Below, piece after piece: positions 1 to 13,233 of a stretch of 64,000 nucleotides of DNA. The stretch covers positions 2,332,414 through 2,396,413 of the forward strand of contig NW_002060953.1 of assembly GCF_000150275.1 (NCBI RefSeq). Direction: 5' to 3'. Numbering within the stretch: position 1 is the stretch's first letter; every line of letters starts with the position of its first letter. Below the pieces are notes generated by a model, which saw nothing but the letters and a program-made list of their open reading frames with translations, ran no database searches and was not told where the DNA came from. Source of the stretch: Trichoplax adhaerens. Its lineage: Eukaryota; Animalia; Placozoa. The translations under genes were made by a program, and so were the position numbers.

Positions 1-534
1 AAACTGCATCTTGTCAAATTGGCTGTTTAGAAGCTATTGAGGTTATTTAACGAAAACTTATTATAGTATTAATAATTTTAATGTTTATTTGCCGACTGAT
101 TTCTATACAACCTTTGAACGATGTATAATAATATGAATATTACAACTTCTGTAAAATTTTACAGGACTATTGTTTAGAAAATAGTACAGTCTTCCATTTG
201 ATACAAAAGATCCTATTGATGCTATACAATTTGGACATAATTGAAGAACTTCCTATTCAACGCTGGTTTACAAATTTACCACCCGAAAGTGATGAAACAC
301 TCTCTCAGCGAAAACGATTACGCGAATTAGTAAGATAAAGCTATATCGTTTATTAATAGCAATCTGATTACTATATATGTATATTCGGCTTTATGTTAAG
401 TTTTGTCGTTAGTAGGCAAAATGCCGTACTTGTTTTTGCTCATTGGCTACATTTATTGTATGATTGTATAGGTGCAACCATTCATCAGTTGGCTGAATGA
501 AGCCGAAGAAGAGTCCTCTGAGGATGACGAGTGA
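1..534 (+). CDS. EIF2B5: eIF-2B epsilon subunit, C-terminal W2 domain (3' end only; exons ..41, 165-329, 472-534)
   Basis: Spliced translation ..CLEAIE|DYCLEN..LLMLYNLDIIEELPIQRWF..|VQPFISWLNEAEEESSEDDE*. This matches the eIF2B-epsilon C-terminus (AA-boxes, WLxEAEEESSEDD). Introns are GT-AG and in frame. Confidence 0.9.
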
Positions 535-2290
535 AGTGTATAAATTCAGTGAACAATACCTATGAATACCGGATTATGGCTTTAGCTATTAAGCCAAGAG
601 ATAACATCCTATCATATTTTAACATGTATCATTTATTTTGTATATTAATGTATGTCCATTGTATACTTTATACGCTCAGGAATTCTGAAAGGGTAAAATT
701 ACTATTATTTGCCATGCAGTTATCGTTATAATACGTACCATCCATATTACGAACGCTAAATACTCGATAATTAACGAATTATCTATAAATTGGATTATTT
801 CAATAAAGGCCTTGAAATATACGTATAATTTTCAACCCCTAGTATTTTCTGGTCTCATATTTCTTAATCTAAGTGCTACTATACGTATACCTGTAGTGCA
901 GTTCTTGTTAACATCTCAGAAGTAAAAATGAGCCGATGGTTACTTCATGTTGGATGTTTTATACTATCAATGTGCATAATGGCTTTTTAATTGCCGTAGT
1001 AATATAGCATAAGCTGCGTAATTGTTGTAGTAAAAATAGTCGAGCATCATGACCATATTGACTGAATGATTATCCTTTCTGAACGTAGCTGCGTTTGCAA
1101 GAACACTGTTTATGCGTAACATGTTGCTGGTATATACAGTATATTGAAAACTTTTTTGTGAAAGTTCTTGAGAGATATTTACTATATTTTGTACTATCAG
1201 CTCTTCCTCTAATAAGTATTACAAATTCAATTCGTGATGCTGCTCTTCCGATATTATTCAACACGCAATCTTGTTTCCTTTAGCTCAAATTTACAAGTTC
1301 AAATGTAGAAATTTTCTTTTGCACTGATCATATCGCACCTGGTAATTAATAGAGTAAGTCAAGAGTTCATTAAGCATATTATCCTAGCAAGCATCTGACA
1401 AGAACTAGAAATATTTCAAGGATGTATCGTTATCACGGAAATATGTTAAATATTAGGATCGCATTAAGTTAGACGTGAGAAACATCGCCTTAACATATAC
1501 AAATAATAATTAGTACAGAGATCAACCCAAACGCAAATTACTGTAGTGAAAATTTATGTTAAGCAATAACAAGAAATCATGACAATCACTGTCGATAATT
1601 ATAATTCAATTATATTAAATTGGAATTTTTGCATACGCACCCGTATAGTTCTTATATTCCGTAAACATAGCGTGCATTACTGATTGAATTCAGAAACGTG
1701 TAATGCTTACGATCAATTTCTTGCCTATTCTAACTCGTAGCATGACAAAAGAGGCGATATACAGAATTATTTCAATACTAGACTGGTTGAAAGCACTGGC
1801 AGCTAATCAGTCTGACATAAATGTCACGCAGAAACTAGACTAGATAAATAATAAGCTACAGTATTGTAGTCTGATAGTTAATTCAGGTTATAAATACGAT
1901 AGCAATATGTACTACGACGGATCATCCAATCCAATATGGTAATAGCTACAGTATTTACGTAGACATTATTTACACCAGCTAAAGAACAATGAACTACCCA
2001 TGTCAAATATAAAAGACAGACTATGGTGAATTCTGGTGAGGTAATTTTCCTCTATGACACATGGTATACCCATTCGGAAATGATTAGTGCAAATTAAACT
2101 TCATAGTCGGTAGTTTTTTTCAGGACAATGTTATCATTTATTGATACATATTTAGCTTACTTTATTTTAAGCAAGATTACAATCGATCAAATACTAAATA
2201 CATTCGGAATGGATCCAACATGCACTTGTAGTACGCTTCTCGATTTGATAACTACGACGTATATTCAAAAATTCTTTTCCTCCAAAAGAT

Positions 2291-3646
2291 TTATTCGTAA
2301 ATCGATTTATAGAGACTTGCATTCCAATTGACTAATTCATCCTCATTAAACCACAACTTAATTTCCTTGTTAGCACTTTCAACAGAGTCGCTTCCATGGC
2401 ACACGTTTCTAGTCAATCAGATATAATTATAGCAAACATAAAGTTATGACCGGCAAAATTGAACAGACGTCGGGAGTAAAGATAATAGACTTTATATACA
2501 ATGGTTTCTGAGCTATAGCAATTAATTCAAGATAAGATTAAATTTATTAACTGAATACTAATTAGAATGACAACCAGTTTTCCTCAAATAGATGTAGTAG
2601 CTTGGAATGCAAAGAATACAATATGTCAAACTGCTGAAAGCCTTACCGTCCCAGATCAATAGCGTAATCACCACGAATAGATCCAGGAAGTGATTTCAGC
2701 TGAAAAGCAAATGATTTCATTTAATCGACATCTAGCTATTACCATTAATTGTACAGTATCGAAACAGGTATATACTGTTTGTCAACATTTCGCTTAGAAA
2801 CTTCAAATATTCCTACCGGATCAGTTTCTCCTAACATTCGTCGACCGGTTTTAACTACATCTTTACCTTCCCATACCTAGAGAAGAAAAATTGGATTGAT
2901 CAAAAAAAAGGATGACAAAAAAAGTTGAATCGACGAATAAGAGCCCCACTTCTAGGCAACTGGCATCTATATAATATAGTGACACCGTCCAACAATTTGC
3001 TGGACTACGTCTATTCCTGGATTCTTACCATGCATGCAACTGGTCCAGATCCTATAAATGCGACAAGACCATTGAAGAAAGGTTTTCCTGCTAAATCTGC
3101 ATAATGCTCACGCAATAACTCTTCGCTAGCCTACAAAAGCAAAAGGAACATTCGTGTCATTTTTCCATAAATACCCATATTTTCCATCCTCCAATTGCTA
3201 ATCACTATCAGATATGCAGGTATACCGGTGATGAACGACCGCAGTTTAGTTAGTTTTACCGTAACTACTGTTACCACGTGGGCTAAAGTCAAGTCAGACT
3301 GCTGTATTGTTACGCCTGGACTCAGAAAGATGAAAAGAGAGTAAACTCCTTAATGTCAGATATACTACACAAGATTCATATTCCACTGGCATACAGTATG
3401 TCGATTGGAGCATTACGATTGTCGTTTTTTCCATCCATTACGATGAAAAAGCCCTTGACTTGCGTGCTGTACAGTACGGTAACATGAGACATGTATCTTA
3501 AACGTTGGTTAGTGACAACTTACCAATTTAAGCTTAAGAGCTACCAGTTTGTAGCCACGTTTCTCAAATCTGCTGATAATGTCGCCGACAAGGCCTCTAT
3601 CGACACCGTCTGGTTTAACCATGATATAAGTACGTTCATTGGCCAT
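2291..3646 (-). CDS. NME: Group I nucleoside diphosphate kinase (NME1/2/3-like), 5 coding exons; possible 27-aa N-terminal extension from an ATG at 3727
   Basis: [31 protein letters not shown]..|[29 protein letters not shown]|[20 protein letters not shown]|[14 protein letters not shown]|[23 protein letters not shown]. The catalytic His motif HGSDS is intact. Confidence 0.97.
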
Positions 3647-3840
3647 GATGTTTTTCTGTTGTGTTGGTCCAGTGACTCCAATCAGTTTAAAAAATGAAGC
3701 TAAAAGGTAGCCGAGAGTTAGAATCATTCGAGGGATTTTACTGGAAAGGACTCACGTCTCCGTGTCTCAGTGCGATATGGTCTGGTTTAAGAAAGACAAA
3801 AGGAGGAACGAACGATCGCGAGAGGGTACATTAAATTTAA

Positions 3841-4350
3841 CGTACAGTACAATGTACAGTACATCTCTCTGTACAGTCCAGAGTGTACAGTACTGTACTG
3901 TACAGTACAGTACTGTACAGGAGAAAGTTTGAATTACGGGTTCTCGTGCTTCTACTGAACTGTACACTGTACACTGTACAGTACAGTACAGTGTACAGTA
4001 CAGTACAGTACTACCGTATGCAGCTAGAGGTTTTCATTGTCTGGTCTGGACGTCTGGACCCTGATCCAGTCAGTTGATTGAGCGACCGGGGAAACTGCGC
4101 AAGTCTGGTACAATATTATTACGTCAATGTAACACCATGATAGTATGGTACTGTCCACTGTACTGTACAGTACATCCGATACACGATTTAGGTGAAAACT
4201 GCAATCGTAAAGTACTGTACATGTACTGTATATACTGTAGTGCTGCTTATTAATATTAGATACGTGTACTGGACGTACAGTACAGTACATACAGTGCTGT
4301 ACAGTATTTTACTTCGTGCAAACGGACTTCTATGTACTGTACACTGTACA
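3841..4350. repeat. TACAG/CTGTA/TGTACA simple-sequence island (two sub-blocks, ~3841-4015 and ~4140-4350) between divergent NDK and golgin-45
   Basis: Dense 5-mer (cagta) and 7-mer (tgtacac) units and palindromes such as tgtacagtactgtac. It produces spurious TVLY/STVQY ORFs on both strands. Confidence 0.9.
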
Positions 4351-6428
4351 GTAATGTATTTGGCTATTGGATGGAAATCATAAAGGCAGGAACTCTTCAC
4401 CTCGAACTTCTTATGGTGGAAACTGGATATGCAGTAGTGGAAATATGGCTTGAACGATGCTGTCCTATGCGCCTCAATGTATTTCATGAATGATTAAAAG
4501 ATGGCTTGTGAAAACTCCACATCTTGACACCATCCAGTATCGGTATTGATAAAACAACTAGAAAGTGAGCTAAGATTAGGATTGATTCCTTGCTTTGTTT
4601 GTCTATTTCTTATGCTGACTCTACGATAGCAATTTGGATCAACTAGAGCCTCCAGATAGTTTAGTACTTCGATCATAATCACCATTTGGATAATGGCTTT
4701 TGAGACTTATTCTTGAATTGATCCCATTTGTATTTGGTGTTTCTGTTAGACTTATAGTATATAGTAGAGTAGGGATTCATCGGTCATGAGCATGATGATT
4801 TTTGCATTGAAAAGATAGGAGTACACTGTACGAGTGTACGTACGTGTCAACGATGTCGAAATAGACGTGTACTGAAAAGTATCTATAGGAAAGGTTCAAA
4901 AAGCGCTACTTGCTGGCAATTGCAGTACCAATATTACTATTACAATCGTTTCAATTGTATCAGTGGAAGACAACATGGAGGAACAGTGAGCAAAATGATT
5001 GTATGTACAATCCTTTTAAATGAATTTGCTCTACAGGATTTTGCAAATCTCCATTGCTGTAGCATCAGGCCTGATTATGATAATACATCATCGTGAACAT
5101 AAGGATTATTCTGGTGAAGGAAACGCCTTGCAAATGGTTCCCTTTTCGAAGGCCTATATTTTAATAGTACGCTGATAAATGTTTCGAAATCTTATCCCTA
5201 CTCGCTGCTGCAGTGGACGTAATGTTATCCAAATTTGGCAACTGATTGATTGTCAAATGATTATACAGTATAATTAATTTGTACTTCTACAATAATACAA
5301 AACAGATTCTGTCCAATATTTGAGTAGAACTACCGCCTGATTACAAAAGGTTTCTGAAGAAGCAACTTAATAAGATTGCAAAGTAATATCATGGAATGGC
5401 GTAGACCTAAACTGCATTCATTTTACAATGGTAGCCTATTTCTAGTTGTAGTTATAAATTTATAATAATGTTAGTATCGGAGTACCAGTTGTTTACCGAA
5501 TGGTGCATAGGTACTTACTACTTACTAGTTAGAAAGAATCGTATTGGTTTGTGTGCTGCATAGCATGTTATAAACCTGATATAATAGTATGTGTCAGACA
5601 AACTAGAAATAGGTAGAGCATTATGTAACTTGGTCATCGTCGAGTTCACCCATTTTATTAACTGACTATTTCGTATCCTATCTTGTCTTAACCATAAAAA
5701 GTACTCCACTACTATGGCAGCCATTGACTGTATTGCTCTTGTTAATATCATACTACACTTATCCTTAGACATTATTGACAAAATTTAATCACGCTATACT
5801 GTACGTATGGGTATTTTAATTAACACCACCCATCGATGATGCACACGTCTGAACGTCTGAATTTTAATTCAGTTATTCAATACTACCCGGTAGTACTGAC
5901 AGGTCTTAGTACTGTATTGTCTTGTTAATCATAACACGTGAGTGTTGGATTGTAGAATTCGTCAGTAATCAGTCCTTTAAAACTTCTGATATCCTGATTC
6001 TTTTCATTCATTCAGTTCTAGATGTTTTGCAGAAATATCTTATAATCTGCAAGCCAACTGCAGCGACATCATTCTCATTCTCTATGCGATTGTTGTCCTT
6101 CGTTTTTGAAAGTTTACATGTTATAACTCGCCAATTCGATCACACTTTTGTTATTAGTAACATGAAGTACTGGTCTGATAGCAACTTATTCTACCTTAAA
6201 ATTTATTCCTGAAGGTCAAAATCTTCACTCAATTCGACTTTTGCTAAATATTTTGGCGAGATAAATCATGCGTAAGTCATAAAAGTAGTTTGTCCTGTAA
6301 TATCAGACTTAACTAGGTCTTTCTTGATATCCCATGTTCTTTCGCTAGAGTTCACTTTTCATTGTATTTTATAATGAACACACATTTATAATCTTCTTTA
6401 CTTGTAAATGATCATTTAAATATTGAAG

Positions 6429-8703
6429 ATCGTAAAGGCAAGAGCATAATAACTACTGCTGCCTCGCCACTGAAGCCGAACCATCGCCTGCACATATTCA
6501 ACTCTTTGCAAGATGATAAATCCGAAAATCTACCATTAAATGAATTACCGGCAGTTACTATAAAAAACAAAATTACCCAGAATGGATCGGCAACTTATAA
6601 CATTGTGGAGTCCAATAAGAAAAATTTAAAGTCCATTTCTTCGATTAATGATAAGATTCCAAGAAATAGCGGCTCAAGCATATTATGGCCAACACCTAGT
6701 GCCACTGTTGATAATGCAGAACGCGCAGTTGCTGAAGACGTATCAAGAGGTTTGTAGCAATACTGTATAATACTATGGTACATTCAAAGTTTATATATGG
6801 CTATGTTTTGCCAGAAGTTGCCAATGAACTCACCTGTGTGGTTTATAGTATCTTCAAATTGTTATTATCAGTCAATATTTATCTACTATGTCATAATAAG
6901 CCGCCAGCATATTATTTCGCTGATACCAGTAATAGTGGAGACTAAGCATCAATGATTTTAGAATGATAAATTATCTTTAGTAATTTTAGCTACTTATAAC
7001 AGTACTCTTTATTGTCTGAAACGAAATACGAATACGGCATTCTGTCCACTTATTTCTTTTCTTTCATTTGATTTATTCCCTTTCTAGTTGCTAGCAATAA
7101 CGAAATAATTCAACAATCTGTCTATCCCGATGAACAAAAAAGTGCCCAAGCATATCAAAATGTGGATAATAATAATGCAACATATAAGTTAGAGGAAGAA
7201 GAAGATGAGACTGATATAAGTAATTTAGATACTCATCGTTGCTCGTATCGTGACTTGCTTGAAGAAACGAAAGAACAATTAAAAAAATTAGACTCAAAGT
7301 TAGAAGCACAACTGATTGTGAGTATGAGTTGGTCTTTGTTTCGTAAATGTTTTTCCTTCGATTTGTTATCTTCCTTATTCTTAGTTAATGTTTACCTAAG
7401 TAACCCATTGACTGTTTGCTTAGCCTAATTCTTTAAATTGCAGGTAAATGCTGAGCTTAAGCGATTATTAGTGGCTTCTATAGGTGATGATATTGGACTA
7501 AAGTAAGTCTTGTAATGTTAAGGTCTCTTTATGTTAGAAATATGCTTGTTGAGTAGTTGTCTGTATAGCTCTAGTATTCTCTTTTTAACATAAAATTTAA
7601 GTCACTTCTATTTAATAGTGTATGCGTATATTGTATACAACTTCTTCAACTACAGATTAGAGGAATTAACGAAAGATAAAACTGAATTAGCAATGCAAAT
7701 TGAAGACTACACGAAGCAGATCGTTGAAGATCGTGAGAAGTTGGACAATGCAGCCATGAAATGCAATGTTTGGAGAAGCAAATACTTGGCTAGCAGGTCG
7801 ATATTTCATGATTGGCTATAGCGTTGCTAAGATTTGTATTGCTACTCTCGGCTGAAATTTTTTATGTCGTAGCAATTATGCTTGTAATTGTTATGGCACA
7901 AGAAATTGACTATTTTAAATGTTTACAGGGTGATGATTGAACAATTGATACATTGGAAACTTGAAATGTATGATTACTTAACAGAATATCACAACGGCAT
8001 CAAAAATATACTGAATGACAGAGTGACTTTAGCGAAAGATCTTTTGATATCGAGCAGGTGATGAATTTTCCCGATACAAATCGCTCTTTGATTGTTCGTG
8101 AATCTAACATACCAATCGTATTTCTCTGTTTTAATTATCGAAACTGTTTCTCTCCTACTGTAGAAATCTAGAAAGCATTCATCAACACCTTAACAAAGGG
8201 AAAGCCAATCCTGTGTATTCTAAGGAAATTCATAACGAAAAAGATGTAATCAATGTGTGTAAAGATAATAAAGAATTAATACAGCTGATATCAAATTGTT
8301 TATCGGTTCAACCTGACGTTAAAAGTAACTACCTAGCCATCACTCCTTCTGACACTGAACATTCACTGCAACAGGTAATAGCTAGTATTTATCGACTAAT
8401 ATTAGTTCTCCATAAGTTTAAGGAAATTCTATGCTAAAGTATCGCTTTGCTTGGCACTATTAGTTAACACTTGAAGTTGACGAAACTGGAATCTTAGAAT
8501 ATAATCTTGATCGATTCTCTCAATCATTGGCAAAAGACGTGGAAAAACACTTTAAACTATATCGGGAGAGGAAATCAAATGCACCAAAGAAAATTACCGG
8601 TTCTCAATCTTTCAAGGAAAATATTCACAAAATAGCTCAGAACTTTGATTTTCCAGCGATAGACTGTTGCTCCCAATGCAAAGGCGAAATACTTTTAGTT
8701 TAA
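6429..8703 (+). CDS. BLZF1: Golgin-45 (JEM-1) homolog; start codon / first exon not identified
   Basis: Spliced VNAELKRLLVASIGDD..DREKLDNAAMKCNVWRSKYLASRVMIEQL coiled-coil signature. The C-terminus CCSQCKGEILLV* matches the golgin-45 CCxxCxGE-hydrophobic end that binds GRASP55. Confidence 0.88.
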
Positions 8704-10159
8704 TGTTTCATTTGAATGCATTGTATATATAATTCTTTATTGCTCTTTGTGAATCTTTAATATTTAAAGTTAGAGAGCTGCGTTATCTGAGAGCAATGCT
8801 TATTAGTATTTTAATGTTTTTAAAAAATTGTTACATGTACCTGAAAAAGTAATAGATTAACCGCAATATATGAAGATTTAACATGCTTAGGTTGTATTAT
8901 AAACCCAATTTTTAAGATTGTCTAGTTTGGATTTGTTGCTAGTAATACGAATTCGTACTGATATGCGGCTCTAGAGGTGTTTCACATGCTGATATAAAAT
9001 GAATCAATTAACTGGATTTCTAGCCGCTTGTTACTGTAATAATACCTTGTTATCATATTAATACAGAACGTGAATGGGAAAATGCGAGAATTATTTGTAG
9101 CTTGTAAGACCCAACAGAATTTAATATAGAGCAATAAATGATATTAGTCGCATATTAATTTAGAATGACTTGTTTTTATTATACTGTATGATTTGCGTTT
9201 TCGATACATGCTCTTTATTTGCGGTATTCCCAGTTCACAGTTGTAGTATCCTAAAGTGGTAAGTGCTACTATTCGTACTTCCAAACAACTTCTCGTAAAA
9301 ATTTGCAAATTGTTGGTAGAAGCAGTCGTACTGGTTATACCTAACACCGTAATAATCATAGTAGATCGCTTATTTGTCACGATTGGTGCAATTTATTACT
9401 GCATGATATTCCTTTACTATTAGCTATCGTCCATTCCGCACATTCTATAGTATGTACGCTAGAGAATTTACAGCATACTGCACATGAATAGTAATTGTAC
9501 AATTATAGTAATCACACAAGGAGTAAATAAGAGAGTTTTTATTGCGAACATAAGCGGAGGACAGGCGATTACTATGTTCTGCACAAATAATGAAAACTAT
9601 GAGGCCGACAACACTCACTCCTAAAGTACAACGGTGCCTAATGTAAAGGGATCGTGTTGATCCATGTATGTGTATATGTATAGTATCATGAGAGAGGTAT
9701 CCTACGCGTTTATACTGCAATAAACGTACATCATAAACAGGATGCTGTATGACGACGAAAGCAGTCACTTGACTTAGCTCGAAGCTGAAAGTTTCTACGA
9801 TATTCATCTCTTTATAGGGAATCAACTCAACCCGAACTTCATACGATGCTTAAATTTGTAAAGTATAAAGTAGGCGAAGTCTAACGAGCGTGAGTTGAAA
9901 TTTAATTCTGTCATCACACTGTATTATCATTACTATAATTACTACTAGCAGAATGGCCCGCGTTGCTACGTGCTGGACAGTATTAGACAAGCTAAGTTTC
10001 CATGATTTATTATTCCTCTAGAGTCCAGAAATGCAATATTAAATGATAACTCTAGTTGCTTCGCTCTTGTACTGTTTGATTCATTTATTAAATTTCAATT
10101 AAAAGAATCATAAAGTTAATTTCGATTTCATAAATTTTTATAATCGTTATAAACTCGGA

Positions 10160-10390
10160 GCTACAGTACAGTAGATCCTCTCAACTGTACAGTATAGTAT
10201 ACTGTACATACAGTACAGTGTACTGTACGTACTATACAGTGTACCGTACTGTACTGTACTGTACAGTATACTCAGTGTACAGTGCACTGTACTGTACGCT
10301 CCGAATCAGATCGACTCATTTCTGGTCAAAGTCATCGAGATTTTTCACAGTACATTGTACAGTACAATACAGTACGGTACTGTACAGTAG
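10160..10390. repeat. TACAG/CTGTA island immediately upstream of RNF7
   Basis: ctacagtacagta..actgtacagtatagtatactgtacatacagtacagtgtactgtac..tacagtacggtactgtacagta, ending ~250 nt before the ATG. Confidence 0.88.
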
Positions 10391-10642
10391 TCCAATGCAT
10401 TACGGTAGTCGGGACCCTGGAAATGAATCCGGCGACGGGTAAGAAGAAGTTTGCCATCTAGATAGAAATTAGAAATTATTATTAATTGCTGAACAACCTT
10501 AGGATATTACTACATAAACATACAAGTATATATCGTTATATATACAGTACAGTAAGCGTACGAGTGCAGTGTGTTTGAAGTTGATAAATGGAAAGATGGT
10601 TAAGTATTCATGTGGTAAAGCCCATTAACAGAAGGTTAAGTG

Positions 10643-11417
10643 ATGGAAAAATCGAGTACCTCGAAAAGCTCAAAGCCTGCACCTAAGGAAGAAAGTTTGT
10701 TTACAATTAAAAAGTGGAATGCCGTGGCGTTGTGGTCATGGGATGTTACTTGCGATACATGTGCTATTTGCAAATTACTGTTAGTAGGTATGAGAGGAAT
10801 AGTCGATAAAAAACTTAGGATCAATCAACTGTAATTCATATGAAAGGAGTAATGAAGCGTTGGCGTGAGTAGGAACCTGCGATTGTGTTGACTATTCACG
10901 TACAACGATGGTAAGGTAGGACAAGTCCTATGCAACTTGTCAGCAGGAAGGGTAGAAAGACTTCATTTTGCTCTATAGCTAATTGATTTGCTACAGCCAT
11001 ATGGAAGTTGATAATTTGGGCTAACCGATAATGATTGATCTTTAATAACAGATGCATGCATGAAGTGCCAAAACGAAATTAAAACAGAAGATTGTGTCGG
11101 TAAATTGTTATCCATGATGGACTTCTCTTTGATTAGTTAATATTAAACGTAGAAGCAATACCTACACAGTTTCGAAATTTTACAGTTCTGCTTTCGCTCG
11201 TAGTGATAATAGATTTGAAAACTAAAAAAATAAGTAGGTTCCCCACTACGCAATTGTAATTTTCAACTGATTTAATCTATTTGGTTACTAAAATCTAGTT
11301 GTTTGGGGTGAATGCAATCATTCCTTTCATCGATGCTGTATTGCCTCCTGGTTAAATAAAAGCAACCGTTGTCCGTTATGTCAACGTGAATGGATTGTCC
11401 AAAGAATTGGTCGATGA
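10643..11417 (+). CDS. RNF7: RING-box protein 2 (SAG/RBX2); exons 10643-10787, 11052-11099, 11299-11417
   Basis: [66 protein letters not shown]. The WSWDVxCDTC and [11 protein letters not shown] motifs are RBX2-type rather than RBX1-type. Confidence 0.95.
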
Positions 11418-13233
11418 CGAATGACTATTAACATTGTATTATCTCTCATTGATTTAGGAATCAATTTATCAAATTAATCTACACTAAAGTTATATCAAAG
11501 CAGGATAAATTAGCCTACTTTCATACCCAAATTTTGAAATCTATGAATATTTTAACTATAATACAATTAGCATCATCTTATAAAATTACTCCATTTAACA
11601 TTAAGAAGAGATACAGGTTGAGCTATTACCGCGATCAAAGTTCTACGATACTGAATAACAGAGTTTTTAAGTTAAGCTTGGATGGTTAAAATACACTCGT
11701 AGTAACTATGCCAATCCGAAATGGGAATTGAAACCTAAAAGCTCAACATCAATTTTAGATTTCATAACTAATCAATAAGCATATTTTTTCGTATAATTAT
11801 TATTCTAAAAGGTTAAAGGAACATACTTTAATGTTTGATTGGTATAAACTATTGAATTACCTTGTTATCAATTGATTGAATTATTGTCTGTGTTCGGTAT
11901 CTATTACTGTATATTACTATCTAAAAAGTGCATAATTTATGGTAACGAGAAGTAGTACATTGGCATAAAAGCTACTGCTATCCACATTAAATTTCTCGCA
12001 GTAAAGCTGTCTGTCCATAAATCCTTTAATATTGATGATGTTTCTGTATTAACATTACGATTTGGAGATTCTTAAATAAAAAGAATAATGTTTAGTTCTT
12101 TAGTTCAAAGTTTATGACATGGCCCTGCTCATTTAACATCAAATGAGCTGCCTTTCTACAAATTTATATGTAATTCCTTTAGTATGTCCGCTCGTAACCT
12201 AAACTGCTAAAATCTGCGTAAGTGGTCATACTCAATTTGACTAGGTTAGATGCAATTGGAACGAAAATCGGAATATTATAATGAAGTCTCAACCTTCATC
12301 TGTCTCCTGACTTGAGGAATACAATTATTTTGTAATGTTAAGTGTAATTCTAGCAATAACTGATTCTTAAGAATCAAATGTATTCATTATTGAATATGAT
12401 ATGAAATATTAGAAATGAATCTACCAGTAAAATCTAATTTCGTGTATGTGCTTCAACATGCAGAGATCGCAAATGGCATATACATTATAGAGTACTCGAA
12501 AATAAACAGTATTTCTATGTTCAGATCAATACAGCATAAAAAAAAACTTAGTATTGCTTACATCTGTGAATTACTGCTGTCTCATCCATTACTCAATGAA
12601 AACGTTAATAACACCACTTAACTGAAATTATTCTGGGTTGTCCTAGTAAAGCATTGGCAATTACTCATACAAGCACTTATGTTAAAATGAATAAAACCTG
12701 ACCCTACCATGACCTGTACAACACCAAAGTAGTAATACTATAATTACTAACGTGCAAAAGCCATGCAATACAGTACTGTATATCAGGCATAATATAATTG
12801 ATTGTAATTAATTATGCTGGTAGTGGATGCATTCAACAAGTGTGATGCTTAGAACACTACTCGTTACCGTCTTAAATCGATATACGAGTATAACAGATTA
12901 AAAAACTCAAACGGAAGTTTCGATCACAGGCTCTGCTACTACATTAACTAACTATTACATCATATTGTTTCAATTTTAAGGGAGGATATAACTATTTGTA
13001 TTGTTAAGTTATAATAGAATAACAATTGAATAAACCCAGTCGAATTGGGTGGTGATATAGTGTATAGTATACCGTAGGCAATTTAACAGATGATCAAACT
13101 ATTACCGTAACGTTGTACAAGTGCAAATCCTCTCAATTTTATTTTCTATACCGCTGAAAAAGATTTATATTAACTTATCAGGAGAGATTATTTCCATATT
13201 CCATTTACATTTTATAGAAAATTTACGCGTAAT

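Noticed and set aside
3767-4487. Overlapping ORFs rich in TVLY/STVQY/CTV (also 10218-10442, 21269-21771, 30264-30623)
   Set aside because: They are translations of the stop-poor TACAG islands on both strands and show no protein-like content.
9144-9825. Minus-strand ORFs (78 and 126 aa) as a divergent partner of RNF7
   Set aside because: Non-ATG starts, no recognisable domain, and no convincing exon chain.
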